Shown here: positions 42,401-56,300 of the stretch, one piece after another
Position numbering within the stretch: the first letter of the stretch is position 1
Layout of the letters: every line of letters begins with the position of its first letter
Assembly (NCBI GenBank): GCA_964016885.1
Contig: OZ024750.1
Coordinates: 13,082,001-13,146,000 of the forward strand
Reading direction: 5' to 3'
Source: Eledone cirrhosa
Lineage: Eukaryota
DNA length: 64,000 bases
The notes under the pieces: model-generated
The model's database searches: none
Told to the model about the DNA's origin: nothing
What the model saw: only the letters and a program-made list of their open reading frames with translations
Program-made: the position numbers and the translations under genes

Positions 42401-44571
42401 ACTACTTGCTTCAACTGGTTTAACGCTCACTGTATCTTTAAATGGTTCTTCCAATGTCTCTACAGTACTTTCTTTTTCTACTTCTTCACCTGTTGTAAAT
42501 GTTTGTTCGGTTTTTATAACTATAGGTGTTTTATCTTCAGATGTGATTTTCTTAGAATCAATTGATATAACCATTTCAACAGGAATATCACTCATTTTCT
42601 CTGGAGGAATATCACTCATTTTCTCTGGGGAAATATCTGTTTTACTTTGTTCAGTACTAGTACTTATAACTGAAGTAACTGTAACAGATTCAACCGTATC
42701 TGGTATAACTGATTCAGATATATCTGTAGGTTGAATTTCAGTAACAACTTTTACTTCTTCTTCTTCTGGTTGTTTTACCTTTATTTCAGTTGTGGAAATT
42801 GTTGTAATATCAGTAACTTCTGGTTTCTTCTCTTTAATTTCCAGTTCTTTACCTTCAATATGAACTGTACTTTCAGGTACAATATCAAAGGTAGATATTT
42901 CTGGTGTAATTGTTGTTTCTTCTTTAGTGATAATAATTTCACTTTTAGCAACAGTTACCTGTTCTTCATCAGTAGAAATAACATCTGGTACTTTAGGTGT
43001 AACTTGCATTTCAATTTCACACACTGTTGTCTCAGGTTTACCAATATCAATAAATGTAATTTCAGATTTCTCTGTAGGTTTCTCACCAATGTCAAGTTGG
43101 ATAGATACTTCCTCTTTAGTTTCAGGTTTAATATCAACTTGTGTCTTTTCAACTGGTTCCTTTGAAACTACATCTTCATACACAATTTCAGAAGGAATAG
43201 TTTCTTTAATGGTAATCTCTTGTAAATCAGTGCTAACAACACCTACAGTTTGAGATATCTCTACATCTTCTTTCTCTATATCAGTTGTATGTTCTACTGT
43301 GTCAACAACTACATCTTCTGCTGTATGAATCTCTTCAATTACAGTAACTGATGTGTCTTTCTTATCAACAGGTACCTCAGTAGTTTCAACTTTCGTTTCT
43401 TTATCCGATGGAATATCAAAGATTTCTTCATCAGAAAGTACTTCATCAGCTGTACTTACAATACTTACAGCTGGGGCACTTATTATTGTCATTTCAGAAA
43501 TTTCTTTCACATCTTTCTGTTCAGGAATGACTTCACTTTCTTTGCTGATTTCAACAACACTATCACTTACAATTTCTTCAGGTGTTTCCTCAGTTGTAGA
43601 CATTTTGGTAGAACTCACAGAAATCTGAATACTACTCTCTTCAACTGGTTTAACACTCACTGTATCTTTAAATGGTTCTTCACATGTCTCTACAGTACTT
43701 TCTTTTTCTACTTCTTCACCTGTTGTAAATGTTTGTTCGGTTTTTATAACTATAGGTGTTTTATCTTCAGATGTGATTTTCTTAGAATCAATTGATATAA
43801 CCATTTCAACAGGAATATCACTCATTTTCTCTGGAGAAATATCTGTTTTACTTTGTTCAGTACTAGTACTTATAACTGAAGTAACTGTAACAGATTCAAC
43901 CGTATCTGGTATAACTGATTCAGATATATCTGTAGGTTGAATTTCAGTAACAACTTTTACTTCTTCTTCTTCTGGTTGTTTTACCTTTATTTCAGTTGTG
44001 GAAATTGTTGTAATATCAGTAACTTCTGGTTTCTTCTCTTTAATTTCCAGTTCTTTACCTTCAATATGAACTGTACTTTCAGGTACAATATCAAAGGTAG
44101 ATATTTCTGGTGTAATTGTTGTTTCTTCTTTAGTGATAATAATTTCACTTTTAGCAACAGTGACCTCTTCTTCATCGGTAGAAATAACATCTGGTACTTT
44201 AGGTGTAACTTGCATTTCAATTTCACACACTGTTGTCTCAGGTTTACCAATATCAATAAATGTAATTTCAGATTTCCCTGTAGGTTTCTCACCAATGTCA
44301 AGTTGGATAGATACTTCCTCTTTAGTTTCTGGTTTAATATCAACTTGTATCTTTTCAATAATATCTTCTTTTTTATCTCTTACTACTTCCATCTCATAAG
44401 CAGCAGTTTCCACTATATCTGAAGTTATCTTTATATCTATCTTAGCAGTTTCTAATAAAGGTGAACCTTCTGTTATTTCTTTAACTTTCTCTATAGCCTT
44501 TTCTGTCATTTCTTTAATCTTCTTATCTTCTTCCAAAGTGATTGTTATTTCTCTATCAACTGGCATATCAC
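30463..44571 (-). CDS. Giant exon C (14109 nt, 4703 codons, phase 1-1) with ~11.5 repeat copies
   Basis: ORF 30401..44566; tttatattAG|GTGATATG; GATATAG|GTATTT; length divisible by 3. Confidence 0.85.
30630..44355. repeat. Coding tandem array, 1206-bp unit with 2412-bp higher-order structure (exon C)
   Basis: Shadow ORF starts at 34890, 36096, 37302, 38508, 39714, 40920; alternating variants at 36680/39092/41504. Confidence 0.95.
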
Positions 44572-46029
44572 CTAATATAAATCAAATATTTATTAAGTAA
44601 ACATTCTCATAAAATAATCGTTTGTTTGTTTCCATGTTTTTTTTTATCCTCCATTATTGTGAGAGTAAAAGCAGTCATCCATGAAAAAAATGAATTTTTC
44701 ACTTTCTTACATATGAAAGTATTCATACCATGCTTTATAGTGAGGTTTGTAAATAATGCTGTTTTTTTAAGGAAATTTTTCGTGGTATTTTATGTTTTTG
44801 TTTTTGAGGTTTATCAATTATTATTGAAATTTAGATATCAATAGAAATATTCATTTAATTGGTTTTATGCAGGAGAAAAATGAAATGCTGAGAATATAGA
44901 AATCTATGGATAATCATAATATTTAATAATTAAATTTAAAATCTCGACATGACCTGTAGATTAATCTGTTACATTATAAATATCATCCACTTCAATTTAT
45001 AGTATTAGTCAGTGAGTTGTATTAATCTTGTCTTTCACGATTACCCATCTTTCTATTAAAATATATTTATTCTAAATACACATCTGCCTGTATAAAGACA
45101 ATTTAATTTCAACACGATCTTTCTTTTTCTTATGTTTCTTAACCTTACTCTCTTTTCAACATGATTGTGGATATTTCATAGTAAAAAAGAATTAGAGAGA
45201 TTATACATGTGTGTTTTTATGATACATGTACATTTGTATAAAACCATACACTAATGCAACCGATGCATGTGTGTTTGTCTATAAAACCATATACTAATGC
45301 AACAGATGCATGTATATTTGTGTATACACTTATACAAAAGATGCAACCATGGTTTATATATTTTAATGTGATTTTAATTCCCAAAAGGGAATTAGAAAAC
45401 TTTAAAAAAAGGATTCCACCAAGCATGATAAATGATTACATGACTGAAACTACTGAAGATATCTTAATTGTTGTTTTACATCTAAAAAATAATTTTATTT
45501 CTAAATTTTAAATCATAGAATTAAAATGAAGGAATGTTTATACTAAATATTGGTTTTATTATTTATGGAATTGCTTTATAAAATATACAAAAGTATTCTT
45601 CTTCCAACATAATGATATGCAAACAAATCAAAATAAGAATAAACAACAACAATGTGATTGAACATCTGAAAAGTATTTTAAATTAATATGAAATAAAAAT
45701 TATAAAAAAATTCATTGTAAACCAAAACTCTTCTAAATTTCTACTGTACCTGGATACTAAAAAAAAAACATTTATATTCTTGTAAATAGAAATTATAATA
45801 TTACATACCTGCGATGTAGAAAATTAAATCACAACTTTGATATATCATTCAAATTAAGTTTTAATACTTACATCTTCTGTTGAATATCTCTACCTTTTTC
45901 TGACATATGTATATAATATTGTGTATGGATATCATAATTGAAATATAACTTGTAATACTTATTATGGTACAGTAAGAAGAATCATTCTGGTAATATTTGG
46001 TAACAGAAATTCCATATGAAAAATTGATA

Positions 46030-46070
46030 TCTTACCTGAAATAAACAAAAAAAAAGCCACGTGAAAGATA
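46030..46070 (-). promoter_or_regulatory. Candidate recursive splice site upstream of exon C (junction 46036/46035)
   Basis: Minus strand ctttcacgtggc(T)n-gtttatttCAG|GTAAGAtatc. Confidence 0.7.
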
Positions 46071-46090
46071 TACATTTATAAAAGGATATA

Positions 46091-46134
<44 letters not shown>

Positions 46135-46377
46135 TTAAATTATTCAGCATTAAAAAGCGTAAGATAAGCGTACATAACTATATATTACTTTAAAATAACA
46201 ATTGAAAATTGATACAGGTAAGTAAAACTTTAATAAGGAGTTATTTATTATAGTGGCCTAAAGTAAATATGGATTTTTTAAAAAAAAATACCATTTTTTT
46301 GTAATCGAATGTGACAACCATTTTACCAAAATATTAGTTGACTGTTGTATATATATATATAGGTGTATGTATGTATG

Positions 46378-46415
<38 letters not shown>

Positions 46416-46501
46416 GTAATAATAATAAATGTGAAGACTAAAATCCAAAGAGGGCTAGATAAGGATAAATATATATCAAATATATAAGAACCCTAGAGCA
46501 A

Positions 46502-46645
46502 ATATTTATTAAAATAACAGATTAAAGTTAAGCAAAGAATCGCTGCTTTCACCCTTAACAAGATCTTCTGAAACTCAGAAGATTCCGTTAAGGATGAAAG
46601 CCATGATTCTTTGCTTAAACTTTAATCTGTTATTTTAATAAATAT
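46502..46645. repeat. Imperfect palindrome (~70-bp arms)
   Basis: atttattaaaataacagattaaagttaagcaaagaatc...tcttctga aac tcagaaga...gattctttgcttaaactttaatctgttattttaataaat. Confidence 0.85.
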
Positions 46646-48749
46646 ATATAAATATATACTGTAGTAAAAGTTTGGTAGAAATATCCAAAGGTAAGAGCAC
46701 TCAGTCATTAGGACGAGTTTAGTATAAATAATTACAACAGTGACATAAACAGGTACTTAAATTTTGTTGGGTTCTGGACCCCAACTTATTCAGCCTGTCA
46801 TAAGAAAAATAAAAATAAAGATGGCCACTGGAGGTTGATTATGATTTTCTTTTAGAAATATAATATAAGAGTTTAAACAAAGCGAGGTTTAACATTAAGG
46901 TCTTTATTGATTATACACAGTTATGACCATTTCGTAGATGGATGGCTCAAGATCCATGTAAATGCTAGAGGCCTGACTCCAGCACAATCTGCTTATCAGT
47001 CCTGTTAATCAAACTAAAACCTTAATGTGTAACCTGATTTGGTACCTTCCTCAGTAAACCATTATTATATTGAACCACTTTATATATAAATATATATATA
47101 TTGCAAATGTTTCCATTTAAATATTATACCTATAGAATCTATGAGTTTAGCTCTTCAGATGGGTTAAATAAATGTTTTGCATGCAATGTTTTATTTAAGT
47201 AGAATTAACATTTCATTAACTAGAATAGAAATCAATCTCTTTGATTCTTTAAATTAGTGAATAAAACATGAATAAGGGGTAAAATTTCTGTTAACTCTCT
47301 GACACTAAAAACAACTCCTCACTTTTGAATATTTAAGAATTATTCATAAACATGTGATAAGGAAATATTGTTTGTCTTATAAAGGAAATTGTTTACATTG
47401 TACAGAATTAGATGGGTTGCTTTTGAATGTAAAAGAAATTTTGCATCAAAATTATAAAACAAACATTTGTCTACAATTACAAAAAGCAAAAATAAATATA
47501 TGAAAATTACAAAACAAATGGCATTAAGATATACATTAATTTTTCTTTTACTAAAATAAAAAAAAACTCATAAGTAATCCAATTGTTCTTTACTGCAACT
47601 ATTTGTGCATATACAGCACTATATTAGCATATACAGCACTATATTAGCATATCTTTCTAACGTATTTGTAATTTAGCTAATGAAGCAGTTGTTTTGATGT
47701 TTGGCATGAAGTCAGTTCTGACAGAGTAAATCTAAGATCACAGGCAATCTAGCCATAAGCATCCCATCTTTATTCATATGTGCAGAAAATCCAGGATCAC
47801 ATTATCCAACATGTGCTTTTCTATGACAATAAGGTATGATTTGAGGAAGTCTAGCTGCTATGTTTTACAGTTTCAGTGACCATATAGATACTCCCTCATT
47901 TGTTTTGAAGAAGGTTTTAAAAATAGATTGTAAAACAAAACAAAAATTAGATTTTCATAAAATATTCTCTTCAATAGGTTTTCTTTCTCTTTTCTCTCAT
48001 CAACATTTTGAAATATTGATTTTAAGTGAAAACTCTAACAAACTAGTTTTAACATAAGTTATTAGCCAGGATTATTAACATAACAAAAGAGGGATGGCAA
48101 TTGTATTTATATACTATGAAAGAATATACATGAGATAAACAATGAAGAGATATTGAAGTTCCTATAACTCTGTAATACTTTCAGAAACTGTACTGATATG
48201 GCAAACTGTGATACAACTTGCCCCTCACTAGATCACATACCACTCGGGTGGATATAACAACTAAAGGAGTTTTATTAACAGGAAACAGGACTTAAAGATG
48301 GCTATCTATATTAAGTCTTTGTGTAATGAATAGTGTGGGGTGACACCATTGAAATCAGGCTCAGTATAGTTAAGGAAACAAATGATATATAAAATAATGG
48401 AGAAAAGATCTCTTACTGATTGATGAAATGTCTAATTAGCACAATAAAATCACTGAAGAGAACATTAAAACATGAGTAAACACCTATAACAGAAACAAGG
48501 TCTGAGAATAGGGAACAAAAACCAAAGTTAAGACTAAGATGACAGCAAGACATTCTGAAGGGATAATCTGCCACCCCACTATCAATTTTATACATGAAAA
48601 AAAAAATCCCATATACAAAACAGGCATGTATAAGTGGATAGTGGAAAAGACTCTAAAGTCTAATCCACAGTACTGAAAGAAAATAGATAACAAGTGTGGA
48701 TATCAGATAAGTACATTAAACACCAGAAATTTATTTAGCTAGCAAAGTA

Positions 48750-48920
48750 GCTGAGAATAAAAGACTCTTTTCATGTTCTACACCATAAGAATACACGGTC
48801 TGAGTTCAAATCCTGCCGAGGTTAACTTTGCCTTTCATCCTTATGGGGTCGATAAAATAAAGTACCAGTAATGTACTGGGTAATTGCTGGCCTTGTGCCA
48901 AATGTAGAAACAATTATTAA
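48750..48920 (+). mobile_element. tRNA-derived SINE, truncated
   Basis: B box GAGTTCAAATCC followed by tttgcctttcatcc...aaagtaccag...aattgctggccttgtgcc, shared with the copies at 61485 and 62930. Confidence 0.8.
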
Positions 48921-50059
48921 CTATAAGGCAATAATCTGATATGAACTTTAATATCATTAAACAGAAGTGTTAACAGCAACACTTATGCTATTTTCCAGTT
49001 TGAAAAGAGAAAGATAGAGGCAGAAGTTTCAATACAAAATTTTTCTAAAACTAATACAAAGTTTATAAGAATGTACTCTATTACTGAGGCTTCAAATTGA
49101 TTTATTAAGAATAATATGTAACTAGTTAATATTCAAGATAAGATTAGGAATTGGAAGAGCTAAAGTATAGACTTTATATATTTATTTGGGATTTCTGTAA
49201 TCTGAGTTCAAATCCCCTTCAGATCGACTTTGATGTTCAACGTATTGGAATCAATAAAGTATAGTACCAGTGTAGGTTAGTGAAATTATAATGTTGCCTT
49301 AGAAATACAGTAGTAAAGTAGGAAAATGTATATATGTAAGTCAAGAGAACATTAATATGAATAAACAAGATTGTATGTGAAATAACAACACAAACATTGA
49401 ATGATCAATTGATATGTTCTAACAATCATAATAATTAATGCAAAATACCCTTACTTAAATAAACTGACACATTACTGTTATATTCATCAATATAAGCTTA
49501 AATATTGAGCGGTTTTATGCTACATGTATGCACAAAATGCAAGTGTATTATAGGCTCGGCTCTTTTACATGCAATTGTAAAACCTAAAACATACTATGAT
49601 GAAATAATAATTGATGAACTAATAAACTGCACCTATAAACAATTATATGATATAAAGCATTAGTTAAAGGTTAACAATATGGAAATGCATGAACAATATG
49701 GAATTGTTCAAATATATTCTAACCATCAGACAAAGCAGATTGAGAATATGTATATTATAATAGTGCATAGATATTATCAGAGAATATAGATAGTAACAAA
49801 AAGAGAGAGAGAGAAAGATGAAGTGAAACAAAAACAAATGATAATGATACAGATAGAAGAATAAAAAAAATAAAAGGAGCAGAAAAAGAGAAATGTAGAG
49901 AGATGTAGAGAGATAAAGGAACTTGAAACACATATGTGAAATGAAGTGAGAAAGAATGAGTAACGAGAATAACAGTGACTTCGACTAAACATGAGTAAAA
50001 AAAATAAGGAGGTAGATAAAGAGTGAAAGATATGTTCCATTTTACATCACTTAAGTTCG

Positions 50060-50347
50060 CTAGGTGAAGCTGCATGCACTATGTACTAATTAATACAAAG
50101 AAAGCAACTTCTTTCATATTGACAAAGTTATCAGAAATTACAGAGACCCAACATAATAACTGACAAATTATTGAGCTGAAAGAGACATGAAAACATATAC
50201 AATGGTTAAGTATTTGAAAGACAACACAGTTGACAGCATGCTACCTAGGCATTGGTAAGCTACATCAATTGATGCTTGTGTAAACTCAAGCAGAGGCAGT
50301 GAGTGTAGAAGCACGAATTAAATCCTGCATAATGTTCTACAAAATAC
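50060..50347 (-). promoter_or_regulatory. Conserved intronic block after the exon D donor (UGCAUG at 50073-50078)
   Basis: Homologous to the blocks after exons A, B and C. Confidence 0.6.
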
Positions 50348-53300
50348 CTATGACTTCGACAACTTGTTCTTTGAATGACTGCAGATCAGCAGGAACAGGA
50401 AGAATAGTTTCACCCTCAATAACATCGTGTTCATGTTGAATACTTTGTGATGTGATTGATGTTTCTTCTTTGCTGTGAGGCATTATATCGATTTCAGAAA
50501 CAGCTTTATCATCAATACTTTTCTTACTAATCATAATTCCACTTTCATTAAACGTTATCTGTTCTTTTTCGGTAGAAATAACATCTGGTACTTCAGGAGT
50601 AATTTGCATTTCAATTTTACACACTGTTGTCTCAGGTTTACCAATATCAATAAATGTAATTTCAGATTTCTCAGTAGGTTTCTCATCAATATCAAGTTTA
50701 ATAGATACTTCCTGTATGGTTTCTGGTTTAATATCAACTTGTGTCTTTTCAACTGGTTCCTTTGAAACAACATCTTCATGTACAATTTCAGAAGGAATAG
50801 TTTCTTTAATATCAAATATAACTGATTCAGATATATCTGTAGGTTGAATTTCAGTAACAACTTTTACTTCTTCTTCTTCTGGTTGTTTTACATTTATTTC
50901 AGTTGTGGAAATTGTTGTAATATCAGTAACTTCTGGTTTCTTCTCTTGAATTTCCAGTTCTTTACCTTCAATATGAACTGTACTTTCAGGTACAATATCA
51001 AAGGTAGATATTTCTGGTGTAATTGTTGTTTCTTCTTTACTGATAATAATTTCACTTTTAGCAAGAGTTACCTGTTCTTTTTCAGTAGAAATAACATCTG
51101 GTACTTTAGGTGTAACTTGTATTTCAATATCACACACTGTTGTCTCAGGTTTACCAATATCAATAAATGTAATTTCAGATTTCTCAGTAGGATTCACACC
51201 AATGTCAAGTTGGATAGATACTTCCTCTTTAGTTTCAGGTTTAATATCAACTTGTGTCTTTTCAACTGGTTCCTCTGAAATGACATCTTCATGTACAATT
51301 TCAGAAGGAATAGTTTCTTTAATGGTAATCTCTTGTAAATCAGTGCTAACAACACCTACAGTTTGAGATATCTCTACATCTTCTTTCTCTATATCAGTTG
51401 TATGTTCTACAGTGTCAACAACCACATCTTCTGCTGTATGAATCTCTTCAATTACAGTAACTGATGTGTCTTTCTTATCAACAGGTACCTCAGTAGTTTC
51501 AACTTTCGTTTCTTTATCCGATGGAATATCAAAGAGTTCTTCTTCAGAAAGTACTTCGTCAGCTGTACTTACAATACTTACAGCTGGAGCACTTATTATT
51601 GTCATTTCAGAAATTTCTTTCACGTCTTTCTGTACAGGAATGACTTCACTTTCCTTGCTGATTTCAACAACACTATCACTTACAATTTCTTCAGGTGTTT
51701 CCTGAGTTGTAGACATTTTGGTAGAACTCACAGAAATCTGAATACTACTCTCTTCAACTGGTTGAACACTCACTGTATCTTTAAATGGTTCTTCCAATGT
51801 CTCTACAGTACTTTCTTTTTCTACTTCTTCACCTGTTGTAAATGTTTGTTCAGTTTTTATAACTATAGGTGTTTGATCTTCTGATATGATTTTCTTAGAA
51901 TCAATTGATACGACCATTTCAACAGGAATATCACTGATTTTCTCTGGAGAAATATCTGTTTTACTTTGTTCAGTACTGGTACTTATAACTGAAGTAACTG
52001 TGACAGATTCAACCTTATCTGGTATAAATGATTCAGATATATCTGTAGGTTGAATTTTAGTAACAACTTTTACTTCTTCTTCTTCTGGTTGTTTTACCTT
52101 TATTTCAGTTGTAGAAATTGTTGTAATATCAGTAACTTCTGGTTTCTTCTCTTTAATTTCCAGTTCTTTACCTTCAATATGAACTGTACTTTCAGGTACA
52201 ATATCAAAGGTAGATATTTCTGGTGTAATTGTTGTTTCTTCTTTCCTTATAATAATTTCACTTTTAGCAACAGTTACCTGTTCTTCATCGGTAGAAATAA
52301 CATCTGGTACTTTAGGTGTAACTTGCATTTCAATTTCACACACTGTTGTCTCAGGTTTACCAATATCAATAAATGTAATTTCAGATATCTCAGTAGGTTT
52401 CTCACCAATGTCAAGTTGGATAGATACTTCCTCTTTAGTTTCTGGTTTAATATCAACTTGTGTCTTTTCAACTGGTTCCTCTGAAATGACATCTTCATGT
52501 ACAGTTTCAGAAGGAATAGTTTCTTTAATGGTAATCTCTTGTAAATCAGTGCTAACAACACCTACAGTTTGAGGTATCTCTACATCTTCTTTCTCTATAT
52601 CAGTTGTATGTTCTACAGTGTCAACAACCACATCTTCTGCTGTATGAATCTCTTCAATTACAGTAACTGATGTGTCTTTCTTATCAACAGGTACCTCAGT
52701 AGTTTCAACTTTCGTTTCTTTATCCGATGGAATATCAAAGAGTTCTTCTTCAGAAAGTACTTCATCAGCTGTACTAACAATACTCACAGCTGGAGCACTT
52801 ATTATTGTCATTTCAGAAATTTCTTTCACATCTTTCTGTTCAGGAATGACTTCACTTTCCTTGCTGATTTCAACAACACTATCACTTACAATTTCTTCAG
52901 GTGTTTCTTCAGTTGTAGACATTTTGGTAGAACTCACAGAAATCTGAAAACTCCTCTCTTCAACTGGTTGAACACTCACTGTATCTTTAAATGGTTCTTC
53001 CAATGTCTCTACAATACTTTCTTTTTCTACTTCTTCACCTGTGGTATATGTTTGTTCAGTTTTTATAACTATAGGTGTTTGATCTTCTGATATGATTTTC
53101 TTAGAATCAATTGATATAACCATTTCAACAGGAATATCACTGATTTTCTCTGGAGAAATATCTGTTTTACTTTGTTCAGTACTGGTACTTATAACTGAAG
53201 TAACTGTAACAGATTCAACCTTATCTGGTATAACTGATTCAGATATATCTGTAGGTTGAATTTCAGTAACAACTTTTACTTCTTCTGGTTGTTTTACCTT

Positions 53301-56300
53301 TATTTCAGTTGTAGAAATTGTTGTAATATCAGCAACATCTGGTTTCCTCTCTTTAATTTCCAGTTCTTTACCTTCAATATGAACTGTACTTTCAGGTACA
53401 ATATCAAAGGTAGATATTTCTGGTGTAATTGTTGTTTCTTCTTTACTTATAATAATTTCACTTTTAGCAACAGTTACCTGTTCTTCATCGGTAGAAATAA
53501 CATCTGGTACTTTAGGTGTAACTTGCATTTCAATTTCACACACTGTTGTCTCAGGTTTACCAATATCAATAAATGTAATTTCAGATTTCTCTGTAGGATT
53601 TTCATCAATGTCAAGTTGGATAGATACTTCCTCTTTAGTTTCAGGTTTAATATCAACTTGTGTCTTTTCAACCGGTTCCTCTGAAATGACATCTTCATGT
53701 ACAGTTTCAGAAGGAATAGTTTCTTTAATGGTAATCTCTTGTAAATCAGTGCTAACAACACCTACAGTTTGAGATATCTCTACATCTTCTTTCTCTATAT
53801 CAGTTGTATGTTCTACAGTGTCAACAACCACATCTTCTGCTGTATGAATCTCTTCAATTGCAGTAACTGATGTGTCTTTTTTATCAACAGGTACCTCAGT
53901 AGTTTCAACTTTTGATTCTTTATCTGATGGAATATCAAAGAATTCTTCTTCAGAAAGTACTTCATCAGCTGTACTCACAATACTTACAGCTGGAGCACTT
54001 ATTATTGTCATTTCAGAAATTTCTTTCACATCTTTCTTTTCAGGAATGACTTCATTTTCTTTGCTGATTTCAACAACACTATCACTTTCAATTTCTTCAG
54101 GTGTTTCTTCAGTTGTAGACATTTTGGTAGAACTCACAGAAATCTGAATACTACTCTCTTCAACTGGTTGAACACTCACTGTATCTTTAAATGGTTCTTC
54201 CAATGTCTCTACAGTACTTTCTTTTTCTACTTCTTCACCTGTTGTATATGTTTGTTCAGTTTTTATAACTATAGGTGTTTGGTCCTCAGAAGTGATTTTC
54301 TTAGAATCAATTGATACAACCATTTCAACAGGAATATCACTGATTTTCTCTGGAGAAATATCTGTTTTACTTTGTTCAGTACTGGTACTTATAACTGAAG
54401 TAACTGTAACAGATTCAACCGTATCTGGTATAACTGATTCAGATATATCTGTAGGTTGAATTTCAGTAACAACTTTTACTTCTTCTTCTTCTGGTTGTTT
54501 TACCTTTATTTCAGTTGTAGAAATTGTTGTAATATCAGTAACCTCTGGTTTCTTCTCTTTAATTTCCAGTTCTTTACCTTCAATATAAACTGTACTTTCA
54601 GGTACAATATCAAAGGTAGACATTTCTGGTGTAATTGTTGTTTCTTCTTTACTGATAATAATTTCACTTTTAGCAACAGTTACCTGTTCTTCATCGGTAG
54701 AAATAATATCTGGTACTTTAGGTGTAACTTGCATTTCAATTTCACACACTGTTGTCTCAGGTTTACCAATATCAATAAATGTAATTTCAGATTTCTCTGT
54801 AGGATTCTCACCAATGTCAAGTTGGATAGATACTTCCTCTTTAGTTTCAGGTTTAATATCAACTTGTGTCTTTTCAACTGGTTCCTCTGAAATGACATCT
54901 TCATGTACAGTTTCAGAAGGAATAGTTTCTTTAATGGTAATCTCTTGTAAATCAGTGCTAACAACACCTACAGTTTGAGGTATCTCTACATCTTCTTTCT
55001 CTATATCAGTTGTATGTTCTACAGTGTCAACAACCACATCTTCTGCTGTATGAATCTCTTCAATTACAGTAACTGATGTGTCTTTCTTATCAACAGGTAC
55101 CTCAGTAGTTTCAACTTTTGATTCTTTATCTGATGGAATATCAAAGAATTCTTCTTCAGAAAGTACTTCATCAGCTGTAGTCACAATACTTACAGCTGGA
55201 GCACTTATTATTGTCATTTCAGAAATTTCTTTCACATCTTTCTGTACAGGAATGACTTCACTTTCCTTGCTGATTTCAACAACACTATCACTTACAATTT
55301 CTTCAGGTGTTTCCTCAGCTGTAGACATTTTGGTAGAACTCACAGAAATCTGAATACTACTCTCTTCAACTGATTGAACACTCACTGTATCTTTAAATGG
55401 TTCTTCCAATGTATCTACAGTACTTTCTTTTTCTACTTCTTCACCTGTGGTATATGTTTGTTCAGTTTTTATAACTATAGGTGTTTGATCTTCTGATATG
55501 ATTTTCTTAGAATCAATTGATACAACCATTTCAACAGGAATATCACTGATTTTCTCTGGAGAAATATCTGTTTTACTTTGTTCAGTACTGGTACTTATAA
55601 CTGAAGTAACTGTAACAGATTCAACCTTATCTGGAATAACTGATTCAGATATATCTGTAGGTTGAATTTCAGTAACAACTTTTACTTCTTCTTCTGATTG
55701 TTTTACCTTTATTTCAGTTGTAGAAATTGTTGTAATATCAGTAACTTCTGGTTTCTTCTCTTTAATTTCCAGTTCTTTACATTCAATATGAACTGTACTT
55801 TCAGGTACAATATCAAAGGTAGACATTTCTGGTGTAATTGTTGTTTCTTCTTTACTGATAATAATGTCATTTTTAGCAACAGTTACCTGTTCTTTTTCAG
55901 TAGAAATAATATCTGGTACTTTAGGTGCAACTTGCATTTCAATTTCACACACTGTTGTCTCAGGTTTACCAATATCAATAAATGTAATTTCAGATTTCTC
56001 AGTAGGATTCACACCAATGTCAAGTTGGATAGATACTTCCTCTTTAGTTTCTGGTTTAATATCAACTTGTGTCTTTTCAACTGGTTCCTTTGAAACTATA
56101 TCTTCATGTACAGTTTCAGAAGGAATAGTTTCTTTAATGGTAATCTCTTGTAAATCAGTGCTAACAACACCTACAGTTTGAGGTATCTCTACATCTTCTT
56201 TCTCTATATCAGTTGTATGTTCTACAGTGTCAACAACCACATCTTCTGCTGTATGAATCTCTTCAATTACAGTAACTGATATGTCTTTCTTAACAACAGG

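Noticed and set aside
30630-44355. CRISPR-like array or prokaryotic repeat system
   Set aside because: The repeats are contiguous 1.2-kb coding units without spacers, in a spliced eukaryotic gene.
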